A stretch of DNA of 62,362 nt, filler included, from Choristocarpus tenellus KU-1152 (lineage: Eukaryota > Protista > Phaeophyceae): the NCBI GenBank assembly GCA_964200185.2. It is 13 parts of 13 records of this genome, joined end to end, with 100 filler letters (N's around TTAATTAATTAA, not from the genome) between each part and the next. Parts side by side here need not be neighbours in the genome. Positions count along the whole stretch, not along the records: positions 1 to 3,688 come from CAXNAD020018513.1; positions 3,789 to 12,535 come from CAXNAD020004375.1; positions 12,636 to 17,575 come from CAXNAD020012449.1; 10 more parts are not named here. One strand, given 5' to 3'. Positions 1-13,204 of this stretch are shown here, piece after piece (position 1 is the first letter of the stretch; every line of letters begins with the position of its first letter). Under the pieces are notes generated by a model, which had not been told where the DNA came from, did not search any database, and saw only the letters and a list, made by a program, of their open reading frames with translations. The position numbers were made by a program, and so were the translations under genes.

Positions 1-2
1 GC

Positions 3-103
3 TTCGACGATTGATTTCCCAGCTAACCACGATTAATTACTCCATTCGACGATTGATTTCCCACGAATGCCATGATTGTTAGTCGATTTGACGATTGATT
101 TCC
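3..103. repeat. 42-bp tandem repeat (about 2.4 units visible, truncated by window start)
   Basis: TT(C/T)GACGATTGATTTCC at 3, 45 and 87; the intervening 23-mers are similar to each other (CCACGATT/CCATGATT). Confidence 0.75.
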
Positions 104-472
104 TGTTTTTGTACCATATCAATTCTGTACCGCTTTTTTCGGGCATGCCCATGGGTGAACAAAATCGTGGCGCCTGCTGTATCCCTTCTTCATGTTTCTG
201 GGTTGCCTGTTTGTTGGTTTTGTGTCTCAGTACCCATACCTAAAATACCCACATGCAAGTTCTATGGAGGTCTTCTAGCGCCTTGCGAGGCGTTCTTGTC
301 TCAATATAGTTGGGTTAGTGATATACTCCAGAAAAGTGGATAGCGCAACTGCGAGGACACCACCTCGAGGTGAATAAAGGGAGAGGCATTTCAGTGTCCC
401 CCTTTACCCAGGTGTGAACAATATCTCTCACCTAGGCTTCTGGATTTTGCACTACTAGGCGAAGTTTTGATC

Positions 473-2190
473 ATGTTCAACGGAGAGAGCAAGAAACGGC
501 CCACTATATCGTTACGGGGCAAGAGCAGGGATGAAGACAGGACTGAGTTTCTCCGCAGGGCAAGGGTGGGTTGACTAGATGCCGTCTATGCTTTGCTGCC
601 TGGATAATTTGGACGGCGTGCATTGGCCAAGGCCCTGCTCAATTCAAATATGCCGTGTCTAGCCTTGACAGACATGCAATGTAGCCATCTAGTCCCTACT
701 GTGTGACAAGAGCTCTGTTCGGCGCTGTTTTAATTGTGCTGAGCTGCAATACCATAGCTTTCACTTCCGATTCTGCTGAGTGATGTTTGGCCCCTATGAT
801 GCGACACCACGCTGTTATCGAGCCCACCAACAGATTCCAGTCCTCACTCCCCCACCCCCCTCTTTCCCTTCACTATCATGTATTATTTTTGGATATATCA
901 CATATGTTTGTGGTTGCGTTGTCTGCACTGATCCTCCATCAAAGTTGAGATGCCCTGTTGTGCCGTGCTTTGTCTAGCTATTCTGTGATTCGCTCTTTGA
1001 TGCTGTCGTCTTCCACCATGCTGAATACCCTGTTGAAACATTCTCGTTGGACTATTATATGGCGTAACTTGCTCTGCTCTTCCTGGCCTGCTCATGCCAG
1101 ACCCAGCGAGAGGCACGAGCCCGAGAACGTCTTCATGCGTCGTGCGCTCTGACGGTTCAGCGTGTGTGGCGAGGAAGGTGAGCCCTAGCGTATTGTGTCG
1201 TGGTGATGTTGACGGTGCTGAGGCTTTTGTGCCTTCTAGATTGATCAAAATAGTTCGTAAATAGGCTGTGCGCTAATGGCACATGCGGTGTTGCTTTGCA
1301 ATTTGACAGAAGGGAAGATCAGCAAATGTCATGTTGCAGAAGTGGAACAAGGGCTCTCCTCGCGAAACATAGAGTTTTTACCAAGCAGTCAAGTGTTAAT
1401 CTTTCTACGATGTACCACCTCGACAGGGCTCTATCTTGCTAGCAACAATGATTGGCTTCCTATGTGCTCTGTGCAGTTATAGTAATAGAGATGAAAGGGA
1501 CTTGAAGCTTGATACCCAGTTGCGGCTGAGTACAGGGATCACATTAGAAATCACACACCTTCAATGTAGGTTCATCAATCCAGAGATTATATGCTCCCAG
1601 GGTGAGAAATGATATTGTAGGGAAGGTATGCTACTGGTAGATTGTATCAACATGGAGCAACCTATCATCTGTGTTGAAATTGCCTGTACAGGGGGCGAGA
1701 CATAAGCTCTCCCCCACCTCCGAAGCACTTCACTACATCATTTTACAAGACTCCCTTGTTGCACAACACATGCAAGCCCTCTGCTGTACTTGCCATCTGT
1801 TTGGCCAGCCGATTGGGTGCATGTGCGACCCGAGTCTTGCTGATGTGCCTTGACCCAAAGTGCAACAACATGGATGCCAATGTGTATATACACATGTTGA
1901 CACCTGGACCATACTTCGCCGTTCCTGTATTGCACTTCACTTAGGGCTTGGGGTGCTCAGTGCCCTGGCAAGCACTATCCTAAGGTAGTAGGAATCCACG
2001 GTTTTGGTACTCAGTTTGAAGTTTGGTCAAGTCCTCATTGCTTGAGCAATGTTGAACTGTATACCCTGCGGCTATGGCCAGGTCTTGTGCGGGGAAGTGG
2101 CGTGGGCAGGAGCGGGAGGCTTGGGACAAGAAGATGCATGACCTAACACGGCTGCAGGCTATCATGTCCTTGGCAGGAAGGTCATTCCAG
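473..2190 (+). CDS. N-terminal three exons of a UBE3C/UPL6-type HECT E3 ubiquitin ligase (IQ motif); partial
   Basis: Phase-compatible GT-AG exons 473-565, 1101-1177 and 2082-2190 give MFNGESKKRPTISLRGKSRDEDRTEFLRRAR-TQREARARERLHASCALTVQRVWRGR-SCAGKWRGQEREAWDKKMHDL. This matches the UBE3C/UPL6 N-terminus plus IQ motif; the HECT domain is not in this contig. Confidence 0.8.
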
Positions 2191-3688
2191 GTCAGATTCG
2201 ATGTGTGTGTGTGTGTGTGTGTGTATGTTTGTGTCTGTACTGCAGTGTTTCTGTGCCTGTATACCTGTCCTTGTTTAGTAGTTTGTTTTGTTGTTGTGTG
2301 TTGGTGGGCCTATCTTCAATAACCTCATTTGACTTTACCTGGGGATGAGGACAACCTTTTGAAGTATGGCATGCATGTGGTGTGTGATCCCTATCTGTTT
2401 GCTTACCAGTGTACATATCAATGTGCCTTCTCCAACGAATCCCTTCTGCTGGTTGTATCCCTATTACATAGTGTAAGTCCACCCTTCCATCCATTGTGCA
2501 CAGTGTGATCATTTCTGATTTCAATGAACTAAATCACTCCAGCATTAGTGCAAAGAAACTTCTTCAGTGAGTCTACTCTTAAGGACACCTAGGGATGTGC
2601 AATCCTTGTGTGAAGGCCCTATATGTAGGGGTCGAAATTTCTCAAAGTATGGCATAATTTTCTGACGGGCAGCTGTTGCAGCTAAGATGTGCCACAATGA
2701 AGAAATTGGCAGTACTTGAGTCATTGATGGTCAGCAGCATGTGCCAAAATTCGCGCGCCTGCATGTGCATGTGTGTGCTCACATGCACCATCTCCACAAA
2801 TGCACAGTTCAAAGTGCTGCCGTGATCTTGGGTTGACAGCTGCTGTAATCTTGAGAGACATTGTCGTGACTTGGCAAGCATTGAGTTTCAGGATTTTTTT
2901 TCACTGCAGGTAGGTTGTGTGGCCTCTGCCAGTACCTTGAAAATTTTCCTGCTGGCCAGTGTGTGTTACCATAAAGGGTGTTTTGTTTTGTGTAGAAAGT
3001 GTGTGCTTGGAACAGTTTTGTGTGTATCTACATATGGTGGATGGATGGATGGATGGATGGATCGATGGATGAAGTGGAGTTGGCTGGACCTGCTATAAGG
3101 AGCATTAGAGAGGACCTCCCTTGTGTACGAATCTATGTAACATAGGAACTAGTACAATTCTATGTATTGACATGCTATGGATTTTAGATTCAAAATTTGT
3201 CTTTGTTCAGTATGCACTTATGTATATATGTATGTATGTATTTATGCTAGTGTATTAGGAGAGGAGTGCATTGTGTGTGTATGTCCAATGGTCTTGGCAC
3301 AGCAGCTTGCGTACCCGTTTCCAAGTTACATTAATCTCGTGCATGCTGTCACTATAGGATGTGTCACTTTCTAGTATCGATGTTGTGTGTGTGTGTGTGT
3401 GTTTTTTTTTTCTGTAGTATGAGAGGAATCTTGTTGAATGTTGTGTGGAGTCCAGTCCTCTTGATCACACACACACACACTCACACACACACATACACAA
3501 CACTCAAACATATTCTATTGATCAATACAACTACGCAACAATGTTGCTCCTTCAATACCTTGTTTGGAGGAAATTTATACACTAATTGTGTATCAGATCA
3601 ACTCAAGAAACTGCACTTTTTCGAGTTTCCTCTTAAAAATGTGTTTTGTTTAGTATGTGAGGGGGAGTAGGGGGGGGGGGGGGGGCAT

Positions 3689-3788
3689 NNNNNNNNNNNN
3701 NNNNNNNNNNNNNNNNNNNNNNNNNNNNNNNNTTAATTAATTAANNNNNNNNNNNNNNNNNNNNNNNNNNNNNNNNNNNNNNNNNNNN
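3689..3788. other. Artificial contig linker N44-TTAATTAATTAA-N44 (first of 12)
   Basis: Identical 100-bp linkers start at 3689, 12536, 17576, 21610, 26155, 32562, 36374, 39048, 46170, 50608, 56175 and 59694; the core has stops in all six frames. Confidence 0.98.
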
Positions 3789-4840
3789 CATGACTGAAGT
3801 TGGGGGGGGAAAATCTCAGGTTGGGTATGAAAATGGGTTTTGATAGGGGGGGGGGGGGGGGGGGGGGCACTTGATGTATGCCTCATTTCTACCTCACCGT
3901 ACCCTATTATTTGGGGTATAGTGAACCAAACTGTATCCCTTGTTTTCTCTGTATTTTGGGAGGCTTTGCATTTTGCTTGTGGGGTACCCTTTGTATCTCT
4001 TGTGTGTTGTGTTGTGTTGAAAATAAATAAATCCACGAAGGCAGAGAACCTCTCATAGACAAGTAATGAGAAAGGAGAAACAATCTGGTTTACTTGACAC
4101 AGCCTGTCGGCTGGCTTGTGGCCGGCTTGAGAAGGGGAAAGTAGCCTACTGAACGCAGATAAGGGGTGCACAGAACATTGGAGGTGGGATAATGTAGTAT
4201 CGAGGGTTGATTGTATATGTGTATTTGCCATATTTGAGACTCTCGTCTCATTGCCAGTGGCCATGTTTGTGTGTGAAAAAGTGCCCACATACAAACAGGT
4301 ATATGCACACACACACACATGTAAAGTACAGGTTGCTTCACTTTGAACTCTAGTGTATGGTGTGATCTTGGGAAAATCGCACAAGTGTAATCTGCTTCTA
4401 AATTTTCTGTTTGCCGGTGAGAGTTGTCTGCATTACATTTGTTGTTTACGAAACTGTTTGTCTGGACGGGGCTTGTAATGGAGGGCATATTTTGTTCTGG
4501 GCTAATGCTGTTCCAACACTCCCCAATATTTTTCTAGCTTTGTGTACCATGAATTGTGAAGTTGTACTCAAGGTGATATACCACAGTAAGATCTGTTGCT
4601 ACAATTATGTCTATATTCATGGCTCTTGTAGGGGAATGGAAGGTACAGAAAGAAAAGTGCATTCCATGCTAGCTCAGTGTCCAGGTTTAGACTTGCTGAG
4701 GCTTTCATAATTAGCAAAGGTCCTCTCTACCCACCCACCTTTCCCAACCTGGTGCAGCTGGCTTTGCTCCTGCTGTTCCCTTCTCTAATGATCACTCCCT
4801 CTGAAATGTCCCCCCCGCCTCACACTGCTTTATGGGACAG

Positions 4841-7313
4841 GGTTTGATCATTATGGACATAGAGTCAGATGGAAACTGCCTCTTCCGTTCTGTCAGTCAC
4901 CAGATATACGGAGATGTTGCACGGCACCAGCAGGTGGGATCCAAATGCCCCACTACCTCCTCTGCTTTCGACTTCCTCATTCTCTTACTGATGCAATACT
5001 ACACTCTCCTGATACGTGTTGGACTTGGTCACTTCCCACTGAAATTCCCATTCTGGCATGAACCAATTGCATCGTCATTACCTTCCATCGATAACACCAA
5101 TAGTATAAGTAATACCTTGCCCATTCAACTCTAAACACGCTTGAGCCAGCTACAGCATCACCATGGTGCTGCTGCTACGAGACTAGTACTGTACGTCTCA
5201 TGTAGTCCTTATCCTAGCCCTGTGGAGTTTCCCACCCTAAACAGGCTTTTGCACCCTCACCTGTCTTGCCTGGTGCTGCGTTTCATAGGTTCGAAGGCAG
5301 TGTGTAGATCACATGTTCAAACACAAGGACCGATTTGGTGTGTTTGTGGCTGAGGATTTTCATGACTACCTGTCCCGGATCCGCCAGCTGTGTGTATGGG
5401 GAGATGACCTTGAGATCAGGTGAGTGAATCCATATGTCACACATGCATCCCCCAGCTTACACACAAATGCTGTTGCTGAACCCTTGAGCATGTGCGTTGG
5501 GGAGAGTGTTGAGAAGGTGGTAAGGACGATTTTATTTTGTGTTGACCTGACCCCTTAGAGGAGACAGCGTTGAAAGGTGTGTAATAGTAGAGAGGTGGTG
5601 TAGTTGTGGTGGTCTTTCTGCAGTGCGATGTAATCTCCTAGAGATGGATGCCTCTTATTTCCAGTAACCTGTATCCATAGTTGTATACCCTTGCTCCCCC
5701 CCCTTAATGAAAGAAAACTTGTGCCCTCAAGAGTCTGACTGCTTGATTTGCCTATGTGTCCCTGGCCTGTATCTACTACCTTTTTTTATATTCCAGGGCC
5801 CTGGAAGAATTGTTTGACCGGCCAATTGAGATCTTTTCATCAGAAGCAGACAACCTGGCGCCAATGAAGATAGACTTTCATGCTTCGTCGGTGAGACTGT
5901 CTGGAGCTGTCATTTGAGAGGTGGTAGTTTGAGTGTGGGAGTTGTAAGAGGTGGTGTGTTATGGGTTTCTTGAGGTAATAGTGCGTGTGCTGCTTTGCTG
6001 GAGATGATGTGGCATTGCATGTTTGTGCTTTACTCACATGGATGAGATACTATATTTTCGTTTTTATGTGTCTGTATGCGTTGCCCTGTCCGGTAGGGTA
6101 ACTGCATTTGATTGTTAGTGCTCTGTTTCCATTGTATTGTGTTGATGTGGAGCACTTTTTTTTTGTAGATTGCAGACTTGCCTTCTTGTTTTTGCTAGGT
6201 TGAGCTTTTGGATATGTAGGTTGTATGTTATTTCCAAGGGGATCCAAATACCTTTCTGCTGATACATCCTCACTGATATGTGAGAAGTATATGGATTACT
6301 CCTCACTATCTATCCTTCAGTAATGGGTTGTGTGCTATGAGCTTGTGAATTTGACCAATGATTGAAGTGCGGCTGAATGTGATGATAGTATTTTTGTGAT
6401 CAATAGACCTATTCCTATCTTTGGACCTGCGCACACATTCCATTACCAATTGCATCCTCAATCAAAACCTGTGATTCTGCCACCCTTTCTCTACCTACCC
6501 CAGGTGGACCTTGATATGGCCCCCATCAAGCTGAGCTATCATGGACAGAGTCACTACAACTCTGTCCATGACCGCCGTCTGCAGTACCCACTACGACCTC
6601 GAAGGTGAGACAAACAATATAGTTATCGCATTAACTTCGCCTTTCCCCCTTTCCTCAATTCCCCCCTGGTTCCTTCACCCGTTTAGCCTGTCACACAGTA
6701 AACCTAGATTGAACCCCTCATCCCCCCCCCCCCCCCCCCCCCCCCAAGCCCCCCCCCCTTTCCCCTGTGCGTCTATGGTGCTGGGGAAAATATCTGGTGC
6801 AGGTCCAGAAAGATCCTTTGCATGCGTATGGAACAGCATGCCATCACACCAAGATCTACCTTTGCAAGTCAACCCATGCACAATGCTGTGGCAAGACCTG
6901 TAGCAGGGGCTGGTGGTGCTGGCCGGGGGTTGGCTGGTGGTGGGGTCAGGTTGAAAGCTGGATCTGATGGACTTCTAAGCCCCACTCGTATGAAGGAGGA
7001 GGTGATGGAGGAGGTGTCAAGAGGTGGCTCGAGAGGACTGAGGGCTGACTCGGGGTTCGAGGTGACAGAGTTTTCAGAAAAGGATAGGGTCAAGAGGAGT
7101 AAGAGGTTTTCTTCAAAAAGAAGGAGTCGTTCAGTTGAAGGTCGAGGTAGTGCACGGCAGGATGGCAGCTCAAGTGTTAGCGTGGATGGACATTCGAAGG
7201 GAACAGGTGCAGGGGATGCATCTGTGAATCGTGAGAAGATCAACAGCAGTGGGGAGTGGAGGGGGGCAATCAAGCTGTGGTTAGGGGTAGGTGGGGTATA
7301 TCGACCTTCCTGA
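4841..7313 (+). CDS. OTU-domain deubiquitinase (OTUD5/OTU-like), partial
   Basis: Phase-compatible exons 4841-4933, 5289-5419, 5797-5890, 6504-6604 and 6803-(<=7313). Motifs DGNCLFRSVSHQIYG, WGDDLEIRALEELFDRPI and LSYHGQSHYNSV keep the catalytic Asp/Cys/His. The 5' start and the end of the last exon are uncertain. Confidence 0.9.
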
Positions 7314-9639
7314 GCGAAGTCCCTCCACCAAAATAAAAATGTTAATGGTCTACTTCAAAGCACAACCGTGATGCTGTTACAACTACAAGTTATACCTTGT
7401 GTCGTGCTGTTACTTGTGTCATTGAGTGTGCTATTCTCCTTGGACTAACGTTGGGGCATGTTTCCTTATGTATGTTTCGGTTGCTTGTATTGTTGGATGT
7501 GTGGTATGCACTGTAGTGTTGAGGACTTGAGCACAGTCTGTTGTGTAAGATTTTTCTGCTAGTTGCCAGTGTTGACCAGTGTTGGTTGGCACACATGACC
7601 ACTCCACGGGCAAGTGGTTTGTAGGGGAGAAAGAATGTTATTCTCCTATGTTTGAGCTGTGTGTATATGGAATGTTTGTGAGTGCTTTGTTTGTCTGTGT
7701 GCATATATAGCCTGTGTGTACATGTGGTTGTACACGATCATCTATTCAACCTATTTTACTACTTGTGTTTGTTTTCCTTTTCTGTCATGTGTTTGTTTGT
7801 TTGTTTGATTGTGTTATTGGTACATCCCTTGGTCTATTAATGTGGGAAGACCTTCCATCAGACCCCTTCCCCCTTCACACAAACACACGCATGCACGCAC
7901 GCGCGCGCAGGCATAGTTCTTATTTTGCTTCGTTTGAACATGGATTGTTCTGTGTCTCTGTCTGGTACTTGAGTTTGGCTTCAGAAAGAGAGGGTTGATT
8001 TCTGCAATGTGAGGGTCTTCGACAGTGTCACCTCTTTGTGACAGAGGGATATTATGTGATGCAGACCATGCTTCTCTATTTGGTACACCCTTTACGGGGT
8101 GTGTAAGCTTGACCAGAGGATATCTGTTTAGGGTAGGTCATGCTCGTATGAAGCTACATTTTTATCTCTGCATGCATGAGCAGTATGTAGGAAGTCCTAG
8201 AGACACCCATTCCTTGTTGGCAGTCAATTCAGTTCCCATTTCGCCACTTTTTGTGGTTACTTTATATGCACATTTATGTGTTGTGTGTTGTGAGGGATGA
8301 TGTGGAAAATTGAGATTTTGATATGCGTGCAAACCATACATTTAGGGGATTTGTTTTTTTGAGGAAGGCGGGAAATAAAGATTTAAAAGAGCAGAAGTGG
8401 TAGGTAGGTAGGTAGCTACCTCTGTGTAGAAGCAACAATTATTAGTGGCTGTAGATACAGCGTCAGGGAGATGAGATTGTGATGGAATTTCATTAAGGGT
8501 TCTTGTTGTTTTATATATCTTCTCTATTCACGCATTTGGCAGTATGCCTCTGAAGTTCATTAAATATATTTTATGATAAAATATTCACAATGACAAGCTA
8601 ATAATTTATTGGAAATTCTTTGTTGGCAGTTGGAGCCTTGACCAATGACCCCCACATGCGCTTTTCTGTGATGTGCGTGTGGGGGGTGGTTGGGGGCACT
8701 ATGATATAATTCCTTTGAACTGGGGTCCCAGCTGTCAATAGTCAAGTTTTGTCTTTTTAAGCAGTTACGTTACAACACAAGACCAAGTCCAAAAGCTACA
8801 TTCTGTTTTCATCATGTCCTTGATAGGCTTGTGCCCCACGATGAAACCACCATCACTTTTCATATTCTTTAGATGGATGGAGAGGCAAGAGTTTTGAACA
8901 GAAACACAATGTTATGGTCTTGAAAACTTCATTTATGTCTCCAAGACAACATCTACTGGTGGTGTTGCTATCATATTATGATGTAATTCAAATTTTGTTC
9001 TTACCACTAATCCCTTTGGTACTTTGTCATATTTTTGACGTGCTGTATGTAGTAACATAGGACCAGGATCTCTACCATGAAGTATAATTTACATCCCCCT
9101 CTCCCAGCTCCCTCTTCTCTTTATTCTCCAACAGGATAAGAACCTGTCTTGCACTCTTTTAATACCAGGAGTAACCAACTCTTCATCTTTTTAGCATCTC
9201 TTCATGATTCTGGAAGACCTTTCGCCATAGATGGTTGGAGAGAATATTGAATAGCATTATATTTATTTGGAGTTAATTCTTTCTCCTAGTCAGTAGTATG
9301 GGTGGGGTGTCATACCTTCGCTGTTTTGTCATACTCGGTTGTGCTAAAATACTGATGTAGAAACAGCACTAAATAGAGGATAAAATGAAGGACAATAAAA
9401 TGCCCTCTAACCATCACTGGGCGTGAGAAAGTGGTCATCATCTGTCCATGTTCTGGTCATTCGTGGGGCAATCAAGTGATCATTTGGCAAACTATAAAAT
9501 ATTGTGTAGACTTACTGCAATAATCGACAGTGCATACTGGGGCAAATATAATAAAAAGGGAATAATATATAATGGGGCGGTCAAATCCTTTCTACGCCAG
9601 ATAGTCTTAGTCACAACACAAGTAGTTCTATTAACGTGT

Positions 9640-10007
9640 GCAATACCATTGCTCTACATGCACAACAGTGTATGCAAAATTGATATCCGTCCTTTCCACA
9701 TACAAAGTGACCCCAAAATAAGCAATTGTATGGCCCTTTCTACAATTTTACAAAATGATGTCTTCTTGCCCATTCTTCAGATCCTTAAAGACCCAAAGTA
9801 TCTGGGAGGGGGGGGGGGTTCTACATCAGGGTGTCCATTTGCCCAAAGTAAGGAAAACTGCATGTACATTATCCCTTCGACATATGCAACCAAATCACCA
9901 AAAAATTGCGACATGAAAAAATTGACCCCAAATGGACAGCCGCCACCCTCTCCCAGATACTTTGAGCCACAAATGCAACCCTCCCTACCTCTCAATTGGT
10001 TTGGCTC
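9640..10007. mobile_element. MITE family D copy (left end lost), interrupted by a family A copy
   Basis: Right TIR CCTACCTCTCAATTGGTTTGGCTC; interior aligns by eye to 31700-31949 and 57272-57525. Confidence 0.7.
9790..9968. mobile_element. MITE family A (about 180 bp, poly-G/C TIRs)
   Basis: GACCCAAAGTATCTGGGAGGG...CCCTCTCCCAGATACTTTGAGCC. Partial copies at 12464-12535, 26068-26154, 50482-50580 and 59794-59843; variant ends at 21710-21777, 23860-23970 and 38960-39047. Confidence 0.85.
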
Positions 10008-10776
10008 CGATGTGTTTAAACCAACAAAGACTTAACAACTGCATATCGTGGAAAATCGTAACTCTCAACGCTGCTAGCGTTTCCTTTGAATGTTTGGTCA
10101 TACTTGACCTAAGGCGTCTGTTATCCATGGCAATATTCCGACTGTTCTACATCATTAATATGTCCGTTACCAGGACAGAAAGGTGTTGTTCCTCTGTAAT
10201 AACGTCCATTGCACTCACTTATAACGCATCCATTGCCTAAGAAATGCTTGAGTGTTCATAATCTTCTCTATAACATCTGTTGTCTAGTAAATGCTTAGGT
10301 CCATTTGCTCTGTAACATTCTGATATGTGGGAGAACCAATAGAGACTTTATTCTGTAACATCAGTTCTTGCCCAGGACAGTGCTCAAGGCCATTTGTTCT
10401 CCAACACCTGTTGCTCAGCAAACAGTTAAGTCAATTCAGACCACAATGTTCATTATCAGGACAGCGCTCGTGGCCACTTGCTCTGTACTATCCGTTGTCC
10501 AGAAGTGCTTTGTAGTGTACTGCAGAGTATGTTCAACACTAAAATTTTAGTTGTGTTCCGCAAGCGCTACTTTTTCCGAGGTGTGAAAAGTTTGTAGATA
10601 GAACAGGAACCTTTATGCATTATTTTACTGGCATTGTCAGATAATTCCAAGTGTGGTCAAATTTGAAATTGAAATGCCCTAATACATCAAAATATAAGAA
10701 CTAGGTGAATTACAGTTTTTTTTTTTTCTGGTGAGTATTGATGAGTGATGAATGGTTCCAACATCCCTCACTGCAG

Positions 10777-11108
10777 CTAGGAATTTTCGCCGGACTGGCA
10801 GTCAGCTGGAACGACTACATAGATCAGGACCATGGGATGCTCTGAGGCCTGCTCCTGTCACAATCGTGATGGCCCCGGTCTGGCCCTGTCAAGACATATC
10901 TCATGCAGGCTGACCCCTGGCTCTGCCCAATTTACAAAATTGACGGCTCCGGTCTGGCCTTGTTAGGCATGTCTGACCTGACCTGGTCTCTGACCTGGTC
11001 CGGTCATCATCCCTGATGGTCCTGGACTGGTCCTGGGAAGGCGTACTAATACCTGGATTGCCCTCTAGCCGGTCCCACACTTCGACCCGGTCTGGTGAAG
11101 AGCCCTGG
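10777..11108. mobile_element. Degenerate non-autonomous TIR element (possibly hAT-like)
   Basis: Imperfect TIR CTAGGAATTTTCGCCGGACTGG / CCGGTCTGGTGAAGAGCCCTGG, with many internal CCGGTC/CTGGTC subrepeats. Confidence 0.45.
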
Positions 11109-13204
11109 AAATAAGGACCACCATGCTGACAATCTCAACAAGAGGACTTCAAATTTGATCTTATATATTCGATCCTGTCAAAATGAGACAATTCGGGTAA
11201 TATTGGACCAAAATGATACCGCACCTACTTATCTATCAAAATTAACCTGAGACATGCAATTATATGTTTCTTGATGTGCGAAACACCACCCCTTTCAAGA
11301 ACGAATCTATACACGACACACAACATTGTTCTGCATGGAGCAAACCTACAAGGTTGCAAGGGTCGGATCACACAGAGCCTACCCTCAAGCTCAAGCATCC
11401 CAAATGGTCTAGCCACTGGTCACTACAGAGCAATTCAAAGCTTTCGTTCTGAGGGAAAGCTTTGCACTTCATTTTTTCGAAAACAATTTCCTAAGAAAGT
11501 GGGGGAAAGCTGCATCTTATAAAAATCTAGTTACATCTTTCCAAAACCGATCTCGAGTGGGGTATTGGTCTAGCTTACCATACAAAAACCTAACAAAATT
11601 ATCTCCAAGTGACCTCAATAGTACCTCTTCTCACCAATTTCCAACAATATTTCGATTTTTTCAATAGTATTTGCATCTTGACAACCTCATTCATAATCCA
11701 GGTCTAAAACGTTTTTCCACGTGAAGGTTGACGAGGTAATAAACCTAATAACAGTCCACTGCTTCAGCTGGAATTGTATATTTTTCTTATCGTCTCTTCT
11801 GGTAGATTTTGTAAGTTTCCAAAGACGTATCGATCAATAGTGTGTATGAGATCACTAACCTTCCGGAATAATACAGCATCTGGTGGGCAGTTCACTATGA
11901 ATATTGTCTTACCTGGACGATAGCATCGCCTGATTCTTTCAGTCACACTGTACCGCCAACTAAATCTCAACTATCTTTTACACCCCAGATTAAGAAATCT
12001 GTAAGGAGTAACAAAGCAGAAACCTTAACAATATCACATTTTTCAATCAGCACTATTTTAATAGCACAGAACAAAACGTCTCAAAACCCGTTTATAAAGG
12101 GTAACGACTGTCTGTGTACAGAAAGTTGTCCTCCCTGCATCCCAAGGCTACCAGTCATGAGAAAGTAACTGCGAAGTCAAGCACACTACAACCTTACTTG
12201 CTATGGGCGGTAAACAGCGCTTGGATAGGGTGTATTCAACAAAGGTGAGGCTACAAATTTTTCAATACTGACACCTGTTTTTTTGCAAGCGATCAGATAC
12301 TTCCTCCCAATACCTTCAAACAGATTTCTTGTGTTTCCTGATTTTTTGCTCTCTGTGCTTCTTCCAGCAACAGGCCAAGAAGACCCAACTAATGTGCATT
12401 CATTAATAGTATTAATTTCCTGGTATGAACTGGCTCTATAGCTCTGCAGAGATGATACTTATTGACCCAAAGTATCTGCGGGAGGGGGGGGGGTGTGCAC
12501 CAGGGGTCTGATTTGGCCCATAACCCTGAACGGAGNNNNNNNNNNNNNNNNNNNNNNNNNNNNNNNNNNNNNNNNNNNNTTAATTAATTAANNNNNNNNN
12601 NNNNNNNNNNNNNNNNNNNNNNNNNNNNNNNNNNNGGGTCATGGCATAGGTTGACGATGTGATTGAGAACTGTGACAAGACTACCTGGGCAAATAAAGAA
12701 CCCCCAAGTACTGATAATGTTGCGTAAAAGATAGTGGTGCTTTGTTAAAGAAGCTGTTGTTTCCCTAGACTTGCGTACATAAATGTTTTGGTTTATTCCT
12801 TATTGGGTTGGAGAGGATGTAGTAGATGAAGGAGAGTGGAGTGAGACTTTATCCCCTAAGGGGGACTCCAATGATTTCTAATCGTGAATCGCTTGCTACA
12901 ATGCCTCCTATTCCTGAAGTCTTTCTTTCTTCTAGTTCATTGACCCACACTTATTTCTATTCCTCAGAATACATTTTTTTTTCTATTCCATCAACTGATA
13001 GTTTCTTAAATGGCCTGCTTCCACCCAAGGATTCAAGAGATATTACTGTTGCAGGGAGCAATGTTTAGCAGAGGAAGTAGATAGGGCATGATTGTACACA
13101 CTGTGGAAGACATCGTCTCTCGACCTTAACTCTTCCTCGGCACCTCTGCTGTTGATCTACTGCCTGCCTTTCCTGTGTGTGTGTGTGTGTGTGTGTTGTT
13201 GCAG

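Noticed and set aside
3733-3744. TTAATTAATTAA palindrome recurring 12 times
   Set aside because: Always centred in N44 pads; a synthetic six-frame-stop linker
9448-10035. 195-aa ORF and many short ORFs with KYLGGGG / PPPRYFE / SESILEG / YPLRYF peptides
   Set aside because: These are chance translations of MITE A and B TIRs, not a protein family
11500-12420. Degenerate coding-like minus-strand region
   Set aside because: Multiple stops and no identifiable RT or transposase motif
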